Shown: positions 44,754 through 52,927 of the stretch, piece by piece | Position numbering within the stretch: position 1 is the stretch's first letter | Layout: every line of letters begins with the position of its first letter | Assembly (NCBI GenBank): GCA_003134555.1 | Contig: PLBO01000103.1 | Span: forward strand, 19,251 to 83,250 | Reading direction: 5' to 3' | Length of the DNA stretch: 64,000 nucleotides | From: Actinomycetota bacterium | GTDB taxonomy: Bacteria > Actinomycetota > Acidimicrobiia > IMCC26256 > PALSA-610 | Notes under the pieces: generated by a model | What the model was told of the DNA's origin: nothing | Database searches by the model: none | The model's input: only the letters and a program-made list of their open reading frames with translations | Made by a program: the position numbers and the translations under genes

Positions 44754-46172
44754 CTATCCGGTCAAGCGCTCGGCTCGCAGCGCGGAGCGGCGGAGCTTGC
44801 CCGCGTCGTCGCGCAGCGGCTCGGTCGTGAACTCGAACGTGCGCGGGATCTTGTAACGGACCAGGCGTTCGGCCAGGTGGGCCCGCAATTCGTCGAGGTC
44901 GATCGGCGAGCCGTCGTCGGTCTGCACGATCGCGTGCACCACGTTGCCGAGATCGTCGTCGGGCAGACCGATCACCGCGCACGACCGCACGCGGGCGTGC
45001 TCGTCGAGCGCCGCTTCGATCTCGGCGGGATAGATGTTCGCTCCCCCGGCGAGGATCATGTCGGTCTGGCGGTCGCTCAGGTAGAGATAGCCGTCGGCGT
45101 CGACGGCACCCATGTCGCCGAGCGACTCCCAACCGCCCTCGATACGCCGGGCCTCTGCGCCGACATAGCGGTACGTCCGCACGTTCTCGTCGTCGGACGG
45201 TCGCATGAAGACCTCGCCGACCTCGCCCGGGTCGGCGATCGAGCCGTCCGGACGCAGCACCTGGAACTGGGCGACGTTCACGCGGCCGACCGATCCCCGA
45301 TGTTGCAACCACTCGACGCCGGTGATGATCGTCGCGGCCTGCGCCTCGGTACCGCCGTAGAGCTCCCAGATCGTCTCCGCGCCCAACCAGTTGATCCACT
45401 CCTCCTTGAGCCACGGTGGGCACGGAGCCGCGAGGTGCCACACCGTTTTCAACGACGACACGTCGTAGCGATCGCGCACCTCGGGTGGAAGTTTCGAGAT
45501 GCGCGCCATCATCGTCGGCACCACGTACATCGAATCGGGGTGGTAGCGGTCGACGAGCTGGAGTGTGCGCTCCGCGTCGAACTTCCCTCCGAGAGCAACG
45601 TGGTTGCCCGCGAGCAACGCCGTCATCGTCCAGATGAACGGACCGTTGTGGTACAGCGGCCCGGGCATCACGTGCGTGCCGTTCAGCTGCATGCCGAGCA
45701 GCGGCGCCGCGTCGGGATCGATCAGGCTCGGCTGGTTCGCGAGGATCAGCTTGGGCCGGCCGGTCGAGCCGCCCGACGTCATCGCCTTGTACGGGTTCGA
45801 CACGGCTTCCGGCAACGGCGCGTCGTCGAACCCGTCGACGTCGAGCTCCGCGTCCACGACGACGCGCGGCTCTGCGAGCTCGATGATCGCGTCGAGCTCG
45901 CGCGCGGGCAGCCGGGCCGAGACGGGCTGCGGGACCGCGCCCAGCTTCCAGCACGCGATGGTCGTCGCGACGAACGCGACACCGTTCGGCAGGGCGATCG
46001 TCACGAGATCGTCCTGACCGACGCCCTTCGACGCGAGTGTTCGGGCCGTGCGGTTCGCGAGCGTCTCGAGCTCGGCACGCGTCACCGTGTGTTGCTCGTA
46101 GGTGAGGGCCGGATGGTCGGGATCGGACGCGACGTGGTCGGCGAGCCGTTGCGGGTACGAGATCAGGGCCAC
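44754..46172 (-). CDS. Acyl-CoA synthetase (AMP-forming ligase, FadD/bile-acid-CoA-ligase-like)
   Basis: Motifs TSGGSTGRPK and LGDMGAVDADGYLYLSDR. Start tentatively at GTG 46172 (VALISYPQRL...), which overlaps the upstream small ORF by 10 nt. The track ORF extends to 46349. Confidence 0.82.
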   Translation of the reverse strand: MALISYPQRLADHVASDPDHPALTYEQHTVTRAELETLANRTARTLASKGVGQDDLVTIALPNGVAFVATTIACWKLGAVPQPVSARLPARELDAIIELAEPRVVVDAELDVDGFDDAPLPEAVSNPYKAMTSGGSTGRPKLILANQPSLIDPDAAPLLGMQLNGTHVMPGPLYHNGPFIWTMTALLAGNHVALGGKFDAERTLQLVDRYHPDSMYVVPTMMARISKLPPEVRDRYDVSSLKTVWHLAAPCPPWLKEEWINWLGAETIWELYGGTEAQAATIITGVEWLQHRGSVGRVNVAQFQVLRPDGSIADPGEVGEVFMRPSDDENVRTYRYVGAEARRIEGGWESLGDMGAVDADGYLYLSDRQTDMILAGGANIYPAEIEAALDEHARVRSCAVIGLPDDDLGNVVHAIVQTDDGSPIDLDELRAHLAERLVRYKIPRTFEFTTEPLRDDAGKLRRSALRAERLTG

Positions 46173-46414
46173 GACCGTGATTCTGACGCGCCGCCGCACC
46201 GCCGGACAGCCGACTTCAACCAACGGAGCATCGACAGCTCGTCGCAGCATCCGCAGCACGCGTCGAGATGGGCGGCGATCACGAGCATCGTGGTGGCGTC
46301 GCATTCGCAGTCGACGTACCAATCGATGACCGCGAGCACCTCGACGCACGAGGGTTCAGCGGAGAGCACGGGAGTTCGAACCCGCGAACCGGGCCGCAGA
46401 TTCCCCTCTGTCAT
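46163..46414 (-). CDS. RsrA/RshA-like zinc-binding (ZAS, HxxxCxxC) anti-sigma factor, orphan
   Basis: Manual translation gives MTEGNLRPGSRVRTPVLSAEPSCVEVLAVIDWYVDCECDATTMLVIAAHLDACCGCCDELSMLRWLKSAVRRCGGASESRSWP. The C-x26-H-x3-C-x2-C spacing is identical to RsrA C11/H37/C41/C44. High GC3. An alternative GTG start is at 46369. In the track it is hidden as the tail of ORF 46163..46873. Confidence 0.7.
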   Translation of the reverse strand: MTEGNLRPGSRVRTPVLSAEPSCVEVLAVIDWYVDCECDATTMLVIAAHLDACCGCCDELSMLRWLKSAVRRCGGASESRSWP

Positions 46415-46427
46415 AGGGTCTGGCGCT

Positions 46428-47204
46428 ATGCAGACTTCCGTGAGCCCCCTCGCCGGGTCGTCGGCGCTCGTGACCGGCGGCGCCTCCGGCCTGGGCGAGG
46501 CGACCGCGCGGCGCCTGGCCGGCGCGGGGGCGACGGTTGTGATCCTCGACCGCGACCAGGCCAAGGGCGAACAGGTCGCCGCCGAGATCGAAGGGAAGTT
46601 CGCGCCCGCCGACGTCACGAGCGAGGACGACGTCTCAGCCGCAGTCGCCGCCGCGACCGCGCTGGCACCGCTGCGCACATGCATCCATTGCGCCGGTATC
46701 GGCTGGGCCGAGCGAACGCTCAACCGCGCGGGCGACCCGCACTCCCTCGACACCTTCCGCAAGGTCCTCGAGATCAACCTGATCGGAACCTTCAACGTGC
46801 TCCGGCTCGCGGCGTCCGGCATGTCGGGGAACGACCCGAACGAACAGGGCGAACGGGGCGTCATCGTGAACACCGCGTCGATCGCCGCGTACGACGGTCA
46901 GATCGGACAGGCCGCGTACTCGGCGTCGAAGGGCGGCGTGGTGTCGCTCACGCTGACCGCGGCCCGAGATCTCGCCGCGGCCGGCATCCGCGTCTGCACG
47001 ATCGCACCCGGGCTCGTCGACACGCCGCTGCTCGGCGGTCTGCCGGCCGACGCGCGCGACGCGCTCGCGCAGTCGGTGCTGTTCCCGAAGCGACTGGGCG
47101 ATCCCGACGACTTCGCCTCGCTCGCAGTCGAGATCGTTCGCAACGGCTACCTCAACGGCGAGGTGATCCGTATGGACGCGGGCATCCGAATGCCACCAAA
47201 GTAG
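46428..47204 (+). CDS. SDR, HSD10/3-hydroxyacyl-CoA dehydrogenase type II-like
   Basis: ATG 46428. Motifs VTGGASGLGEA, YSASK and C-terminal NGEVIRMDAGIRMPPK. The track shows it only as the end of a 1257-aa shadow ORF. Confidence 0.85.
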   Translation: MQTSVSPLAGSSALVTGGASGLGEATARRLAGAGATVVILDRDQAKGEQVAAEIEGKFAPADVTSEDDVSAAVAAATALAPLRTCIHCAGIGWAERTLNRAGDPHSLDTFRKVLEINLIGTFNVLRLAASGMSGNDPNEQGERGVIVNTASIAAYDGQIGQAAYSASKGGVVSLTLTAARDLAAAGIRVCTIAPGLVDTPLLGGLPADARDALAQSVLFPKRLGDPDDFASLAVEIVRNGYLNGEVIRMDAGIRMPPK

Positions 47205-47208
47205 AGCC

Positions 47209-48420
47209 ATGCATCCGACACGCGACGACATCGATCTGCTCGACGGCAGCTTCTACGTCGACGATCCGCACGAGAAGTACACGTGGATGCGCGAGAACGC
47301 GCCCGTGTACTTCGACGCCCGGAACGGCGTATGGGGAATCGCGTCGTACGCCGCGCTCCTCGCGATGGAGAAGGATCCCGCGACGTTCTCCAACGCCGGT
47401 GGCATCCGACCCGACAACGGCCCGATCCCGATGATGATCGACATGGACGACCCGGAACACTGGAAGCGGCGCAAGCTCGTGAACAAGGGCTTCACGCCGC
47501 GCCGCGTGCGCGACAGCGAGCAGAGGATCCGCGACGTCTGCGACGCGATCATCGACCAGGTCTGCGAACGGGGCGAGTGCGACTTCGTGAACGACGTCGC
47601 GGCGCCGCTGCCGATGATCCTGATCGGCGACATGCTCGGAGTCGAACCCGACGATCGCAGCGATCTGCTCCAGTGGTCGGACGACATGGTGAGCGCGCAG
47701 AGCGGCAACGCCACCGAGGAGCAATGGCTGAAGGCGATGCAGGCCATGGAGGGGTACACGGCCTTTTGCACGCACGCAGTCGCGCAACGGCAAGCCCAGC
47801 CGACCGACGACCTCATGAGCGTGCTGGTGCACGCGGAGGTCGACGGCGATCGGCTCAGCCCCGACGACGTCCTGTACGAATCGCTACTGATCCTCGTCGG
47901 GGGCGACGAGACGACGCGCCACGTCATCAGCGGCGGCGTCGAGCAGCTGCTCCTGCATCCCGACCAACGCAAACTGCTCGTCGACGATCCGTCGAAGATC
48001 ACGGTCGCGGTCGAGGAGATGCTGCGCTGGGTCACGCCGATCAAGAACATGTGCCGCACGGTCACGCGCGATACAGAGTTCATGGGTCAGCCCATGACAA
48101 TCGGGCAGAAATGCATGTTGCTGTTCGAGTCGGCCAATCGCGACGAGACGCGGTTCGACGAGCCGTTCCGGTTCGACGTGGAGCGCCAACCGAACGAGCA
48201 TCTCGCGTTCGGGTTCGGGTCCCACTTCTGCCTCGGACAGGCGCTGGCCCGGCTCGAGCTGAAGGTGATGTTCGAGCAACTCCTGTTGCGATTGCCCGAC
48301 CTCGAGCTCGCCGCCGATCCGGCCGAGTTGCCGCGCCGGCGCGCGAACTTCATCAGCGGCCTCGAGTCGATGCCCGTGCGGTTCACCCCGAGCCGGCCCT
48401 TGTCGAGGAGCTCGGTGTGA
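47209..48420 (+). CDS. Cytochrome P450
   Basis: Heme loop FGFGSHFCLGQALARLE and ExxR (EEMLRW). 403 aa. Lies 4 nt after the SDR stop. Confidence 0.9.
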   Translation: MHPTRDDIDLLDGSFYVDDPHEKYTWMRENAPVYFDARNGVWGIASYAALLAMEKDPATFSNAGGIRPDNGPIPMMIDMDDPEHWKRRKLVNKGFTPRRVRDSEQRIRDVCDAIIDQVCERGECDFVNDVAAPLPMILIGDMLGVEPDDRSDLLQWSDDMVSAQSGNATEEQWLKAMQAMEGYTAFCTHAVAQRQAQPTDDLMSVLVHAEVDGDRLSPDDVLYESLLILVGGDETTRHVISGGVEQLLLHPDQRKLLVDDPSKITVAVEEMLRWVTPIKNMCRTVTRDTEFMGQPMTIGQKCMLLFESANRDETRFDEPFRFDVERQPNEHLAFGFGSHFCLGQALARLELKVMFEQLLLRLPDLELAADPAELPRRRANFISGLESMPVRFTPSRPLSRSSV

Positions 48421-48851
48421 ACAACCGGGAACTGGTCGAGAAGCTCTGGGCCGACCTCTACCGCCGCGATTTCGACGCGGTCGGTGCCGCGTTCGCCGAC
48501 GACGGCGAGTACACCGACGTGCCGACCCCGGCCGACGACGTCGCGCGCGGTCCCGCCCAGATCGCGGCGCGCCTCCGCTTGGGTCTGGAGCCGCTCTCGG
48601 CGATCTCGCACGACGTGCGCGCGATCATCGCCGAAGGTGACACCGTCGTCACCGAGCACGTCGAACACTGGGAATGGCCCACGGGCGAGCGCGCGTCGCT
48701 TCCCTTCGTGTCGATGCACGAGGCGCGTGACGGCGAGTTGGTGCGCTGGTGGGACTACTGGGACCTCGCCACGCTGATGAACTCGGCGCCCGCGTGGTGG
48801 GTCGAGCACATCATGAACGAGTCGGCGCGCATCGGGCTGCGAGGCGCCTGA
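48417..48851 (+). CDS. Limonene-1,2-epoxide hydrolase-like / SnoaL NTF2-fold protein
   Basis: GTG 48417 overlaps the P450 stop (GTGA). 144 aa with ...GELVRWWDYWDL..., which is LEH-like. Confidence 0.7.
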   Translation: MNNRELVEKLWADLYRRDFDAVGAAFADDGEYTDVPTPADDVARGPAQIAARLRLGLEPLSAISHDVRAIIAEGDTVVTEHVEHWEWPTGERASLPFVSMHEARDGELVRWWDYWDLATLMNSAPAWWVEHIMNESARIGLRGA

Positions 48852-48856
48852 TCTTC

Positions 48857-49744
48857 ATGCCGACCGCGCAACCGGGCATCTTCGCCCAGGGCACCCGTTC
48901 GCACCGCCACCTCGAGTTCGACACGAACGCCGGGGTCGCACCCGGCGAGGTGTTGGATGCAATGCGAGGCCTGCGTCAACCCTCGGTGACCGCGGGTGGC
49001 GCCAACATCGTGGTCGGATTCCGACCGTCGCTGTGGAACCGTCTCCACCCCGGCACCGCGGGTATCGACGACTTCGAGCTCCCCGCGCTCGACGGGTTGG
49101 CGCGCACCCAGCACGACGTCTGGGTCTGGACCCACGGAACCGGCGAAGACGTCATGCTCGACGTCGCGCGCGCGGTCGCCGCGATGCTCGCCCCGGTCGC
49201 GAGCTTGCAGACTGATCTTGCCGGCTTCGTGTACCACGACGGTCGCGATCTCACGGGCTTCATCGACGGCACGGAGAATCCACCGGTCGAGGAAGCCAAC
49301 TCGGTCGCAGTCGTCCCGGCGGGACAACCGGGCGCCGGCGGCTCGTTCGCGATCACGCAACGCTGGATCCACGACCTCGCGAGGTTCCACGCCCTCCCGG
49401 ACGACGACCAGCAACGCGTCTTCGGCCGGACGAAGCTCGACAGCGTCGAGCTCGACGCGACGGCCAAGCCCGCGACCGCGCACATCGCCCGGGTCGTGAT
49501 CGAGGAGGACGGTGCGGAGCTCGAGATCTACCGGCGGAGCGTTCCCTACGGTCGAGTCGCCGAGCTCGGTCTCTACTTCGTCGCGTTCAGCGCCGATCAC
49601 ACGCGCTTCGAGAAGATGCTCCGCCGCATGTTCGGGCAGGCGGGCGACGGGCTGCACGACCAGCTCACCGATTTCTCCCGGCCCGTCAGCGGTTCGGCGT
49701 ACTTCGTCCCGTCGATCGAAGCGATGGGCGACGTCTTCGGATGA
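48857..49744 (+). CDS. Dye-decolorizing (DyP-type) heme peroxidase
   Basis: MPTAQPGIFAQGT... with GFIDGTENP (GxxDG motif). 295 aa. Confidence 0.82.
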   Translation: MPTAQPGIFAQGTRSHRHLEFDTNAGVAPGEVLDAMRGLRQPSVTAGGANIVVGFRPSLWNRLHPGTAGIDDFELPALDGLARTQHDVWVWTHGTGEDVMLDVARAVAAMLAPVASLQTDLAGFVYHDGRDLTGFIDGTENPPVEEANSVAVVPAGQPGAGGSFAITQRWIHDLARFHALPDDDQQRVFGRTKLDSVELDATAKPATAHIARVVIEEDGAELEIYRRSVPYGRVAELGLYFVAFSADHTRFEKMLRRMFGQAGDGLHDQLTDFSRPVSGSAYFVPSIEAMGDVFG

Positions 49745-49748
49745 AGCC

Positions 49749-50039
49749 ATGATCCTCGTCGACCGCCCGCGCTGGCCCGCGCACGGCACCCGCTTCGCGC
49801 ATCTCGTGAGCGACGCGTCGCTCGACGAGTTGCACGCGTTCGCAGACGCGCTCTCGTTGCCGCGGCGGCTGCGCTTCCACAACGACCACTACGACGTCCC
49901 CGAGCGCTGGTGGCAGCTCACCGTCGACCTCGGTGCGCAGGTGGTTTCCACCCACGAGCTGGTCCGCCGCATCCGCGCCGCGGGACTGCGCGCTCGGCCT
50001 ACTTCGGCTGGAACCGCACCGCGCCGTCGAGCCGGATGA
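49749..50039 (+). CDS. DUF4031 family protein
   Basis: MILVDRPRWPAHGTRFAHLVSDASLDELHAFADALSLPRRLRFHNDHYDVPERWW... Lies 4 nt after the DyP stop. Its 3' end overlaps the convergent SDR by 41 nt. Confidence 0.7.
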   Translation: MILVDRPRWPAHGTRFAHLVSDASLDELHAFADALSLPRRLRFHNDHYDVPERWWQLTVDLGAQVVSTHELVRRIRAAGLRARPTSAGTAPRRRAG

Positions 50040-50766
50040 CCTCGCCGTTGAGGTAGCCGTTCTCGACGATGTGCTGCGCGAGAGCCGCGTACTCGTCGGG
50101 CCGGCCCAGCCGCTTCGGGAACGGAACATTCGCGGCGAAGACGTCGCGCATCGCTTCCGGCACCATCATCATCGGTGGCGTCGCGATCGTTCCGGGCGCG
50201 ATGGTGCAGACCCGCACCCCGACCGACGAGAGGTCGCGCGCGGCGATGATCGTCATCCCTATGACGCCCGCCTTGGCCGAGCCGTAGGCGACCTGACCGA
50301 TCTGCCCTTCGTACCCGGCAATCGACGCGGTGAGCACGCACACGCCGCGCTCGCCACCCTCGTCGGCATCGTTCTTCGCCATCGCCGCCGCCGCCAGCCG
50401 GAGCATGTTGAACGAGCCAACCAGGTTCAGCTCGACGACGCGCCGAAACGCGTCGAGGTCGTGGGGTGTTCCGTCGCGCGCGAGCGTGCGGGCCGCGATC
50501 CCGCCACCACCACAGTGCACGCAGATCGCAAGCCGGCCGCGATCCGCGGCCGCTTCGACCGCGGCGGTCACCTCGCCCTCGGAGGTGACGTCGCAGCGGA
50601 CGAAACGATCCGAGCCCCCCAGTTCAGTCGCGACCGCACGACCGCGCTCCTCCGCGATGTCGGCGACGATCACGGTCGCGCCCGCCGCGTGCAGACGCCG
50701 GGCCGTCGCCTCACCCAGCCCGGAGGCAGCACCCGTTACGAGCGCGACGTTGCCGGCAATTTCCAC
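49999..50766 (-). CDS. SDR, HSD10/3-hydroxyacyl-CoA dehydrogenase type II-like (paralog of 46428..47204)
   Basis: GTG 50766 is preceded by AAAGGAGA. Motifs VTGAASGLGEA, YGSAK and C-terminal NGEVIRLDGAVRFQPK. Confidence 0.85.
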   Translation of the reverse strand: MEIAGNVALVTGAASGLGEATARRLHAAGATVIVADIAEERGRAVATELGGSDRFVRCDVTSEGEVTAAVEAAADRGRLAICVHCGGGGIAARTLARDGTPHDLDAFRRVVELNLVGSFNMLRLAAAAMAKNDADEGGERGVCVLTASIAGYEGQIGQVAYGSAKAGVIGMTIIAARDLSSVGVRVCTIAPGTIATPPMMMVPEAMRDVFAANVPFPKRLGRPDEYAALAQHIVENGYLNGEVIRLDGAVRFQPK

Positions 50767-51815
50767 AGCTCGTCTCCTTTCTCCGCGATGCGGTCGACCA
50801 GCGTTCGTTCTCCCGCGCAGACCACGTACTCGACGTTCCGCAGATGCGAGACCCGCCCGACCTTCTTGCCATCGGGATTGTGGATGCCGATCTGGGCCCC
50901 GACATAGCGCCGAGATTCGAACGCGAGCGTCGCCACGACGCCGCCGCGCGCCCGGCAGGCCGCTTCGAGCGCGTCGATCTCCACCCACGACTCGTTGTTG
51001 TACGACACGACGACGAGCTCGGCGTCGACGTCGCGGATGATGCCCAGGAGCGCGTCCGGCATCGCCCGGCGGTCGTTGAACACGCTCTTGGTCGACGCGT
51101 CGCGCGCGTCGACACGCTTGCAGGCAACTCCGTAGTGCTCGGGCGCGTCCCACGCAACCAGCGTCTCCCACACGTGGTAGTTCGTGAAGTAGCGGTGTTG
51201 GTTGTACGGCGGGTCGAGATACGCGAGGTCGAAGGGCCCCAGAGTTCGCACCGCGTCGACTGCGTCGGCCCGCAGCGCGACTCCGGGACCCGGCACGAAT
51301 TCCGGGACGCGCAGCGCGATCGGCCGGTAGGAGCGATCGGCCCACGCCTTGACGTACGCCATCTGCACGCCGGTCGTGGAGTCGACCCGATCCGCGGCTT
51401 CGATGAGACTCGTCAGCAACAGCGGATACATCCAGCTCTCGCGGTAGTCGCACTCGATCGCGTCGCGCATCGCGTCGATCCGCCGGCCGTTGTCGGGCTG
51501 GAAGAAACGAGACCGAATGCAAAACGTCTCGGTGAAATAGCCGTCGACCCCGGGTCGGTTCGACAGGTCGACGAGCGCGGCTTCGAGTGCTTCGATGTCG
51601 GCCGGCTCGCCGTCGAGCGCGACGTAGCACTCGGCGAACACTTCGGCGTAGCGGGCCGTGTCGACCGCGGTGACGTGCGCACCCCGGCGCTTGAGCTCCT
51701 GGGCGACGCGCGTCGTGCCGGTAAAGAGGTCCAACGCCCGCCGCGCGCCCGCGACCGTCGCGATCGCGCCCAGGACCGGAACCAGCCGTCGTTTCGAACC
51801 GAGGTACTTGATCAC
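50736..51815 (-). CDS. Dam-like (D12 class, alpha-type) N6-adenine DNA methyltransferase, solitary
   Basis: N-terminal IKYLGSKRRL, motif I LDLFTGTT, motif IV LDPPYNQHRY, then VVVSYNN. Start tentatively at GTG 51815. The stop lies 31 nt inside the downstream SDR ORF. Confidence 0.8.
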   Translation of the reverse strand: MIKYLGSKRRLVPVLGAIATVAGARRALDLFTGTTRVAQELKRRGAHVTAVDTARYAEVFAECYVALDGEPADIEALEAALVDLSNRPGVDGYFTETFCIRSRFFQPDNGRRIDAMRDAIECDYRESWMYPLLLTSLIEAADRVDSTTGVQMAYVKAWADRSYRPIALRVPEFVPGPGVALRADAVDAVRTLGPFDLAYLDPPYNQHRYFTNYHVWETLVAWDAPEHYGVACKRVDARDASTKSVFNDRRAMPDALLGIIRDVDAELVVVSYNNESWVEIDALEAACRARGGVVATLAFESRRYVGAQIGIHNPDGKKVGRVSHLRNVEYVVCAGERTLVDRIAEKGDELWKLPATSRS

Positions 51816-51844
51816 GTCGAGCGGCGAGCGTAGGCGGCTCCAGG

Positions 51845-52927
51845 TCAGTACACGATGATGCTGCGCGCGACCTCGCCCGCCTGCATCGCCCGGAACGCGT
51901 CGTTCAACTCCTCGAGCGCGATTCGGCGGGTTACGAGTGCGTCGAGATCGAGCCGCCCGGCCTGCTGGAGCCGGACGATCTCGGGGAAGTCGCGGGCCGG
52001 ATCGGTCGACCCGTAGACGCATCCGCGCAGCGTCTTGGCCCCGACCATGAGCTGCATCGCGCCGAACTTCACCATGTCGCTGAAACTTCCGGCGCCGACG
52101 ACCGTGCAGGTGCCCGCCCGACGCGTCATCTCGAACGCGGCTTCGATCGTGTCGGAGCGACCCACGACCTCGAACACGTGGTCGGCGCCTCTTCCCGCGG
52201 TGAGCTCGCGCACCGCCGCGACCGGGTCGGTGCCCGACGCGTCGACGACGTCGGTCGCACCGCATCTTCGGGCCAGCACGAGCTTGGACGCGACACGATC
52301 GACCGCGATGATCGGCGCCGCGCCGGCCAGGCGCGCGCCCTGAACCGCGGCCAGGCCGACCCCGCCGCAGCCGATCACCGCGACGCTCGCGCCCGGCTCC
52401 ACGTGCGCGCTGTTGCACACCGCGCCGACACCCGTCACGACCCCGCACCCGACGAGAGCCGCGAGCTCGAACGGGAACTCCGGGTCGATCTTCACGCAGG
52501 CCCGCTCGGGAACGATCGTCTCCTCGCCGAAGGTTGCGGTTCCAAACGCGGCGAGAAACGCCGTGCCGTCGGAGGCCGTCGCGTAGGGAGACGCGAACGC
52601 GTGATCGAGCCCGTGCTCGCACAGCTCGGGATGGTCCCGGAGGCAAAAGAAGCATGCGCGGCACGGCGCGACCCACGCGAGCACGACGTGATCGCCCGGT
52701 TCGACGGTCGTGACATCGGCGCCCGTGCCGATCACCACGCCCGCGCCTTCGTGTCCCAGCACCGCCGGCAATGGGTGCGGAATCGTGCCGTCTTGGATCG
52801 ACAGGTCGGAGTGGCACACACCACTCGCGGCAACGCGCACGTGCACGTCGCGCGGCCCGAGGGCACGGAGGCGGAGATCTTCGACCGTGAACGCGTCGCC
52901 GGTGCCTCGCAGCACCGCGGCTTTCAC
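51845..52927 (-). CDS. Zn-dependent alcohol dehydrogenase (class III-like MDR)
   Basis: GTG 52927 overlaps the P450 stop (GTGA). Motifs GVCHSD, GHEGAG and GCGGVG. Confidence 0.88.
   Translation of the reverse strand: MKAAVLRGTGDAFTVEDLRLRALGPRDVHVRVAASGVCHSDLSIQDGTIPHPLPAVLGHEGAGVVIGTGADVTTVEPGDHVVLAWVAPCRACFFCLRDHPELCEHGLDHAFASPYATASDGTAFLAAFGTATFGEETIVPERACVKIDPEFPFELAALVGCGVVTGVGAVCNSAHVEPGASVAVIGCGGVGLAAVQGARLAGAAPIIAVDRVASKLVLARRCGATDVVDASGTDPVAAVRELTAGRGADHVFEVVGRSDTIEAAFEMTRRAGTCTVVGAGSFSDMVKFGAMQLMVGAKTLRGCVYGSTDPARDFPEIVRLQQAGRLDLDALVTRRIALEELNDAFRAMQAGEVARSIIVY

Noticed and set aside
43431-47204. 1257-aa plus-strand ORF, the longest in the track
   Set aside because: Only its last 259 codons (46428..47204) look like a real protein (an SDR). 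The rest is the codon-aligned antisense of the amidohydrolase and acyl-CoA ligase genes. In high-GC3 genes the antisense frame rarely contains stops, because TTA, CTA and TCA sense codons are rare. Its translation is Arg/Ala/Gly/Pro-rich low-complexity sequence.
50736-51815. Dam-like methyltransferase as half of a type II restriction-modification system
   Set aside because: Both flanking genes are clearly an alcohol dehydrogenase and an SDR with overlapping or short junctions. No endonuclease-like ORF exists on either strand nearby.
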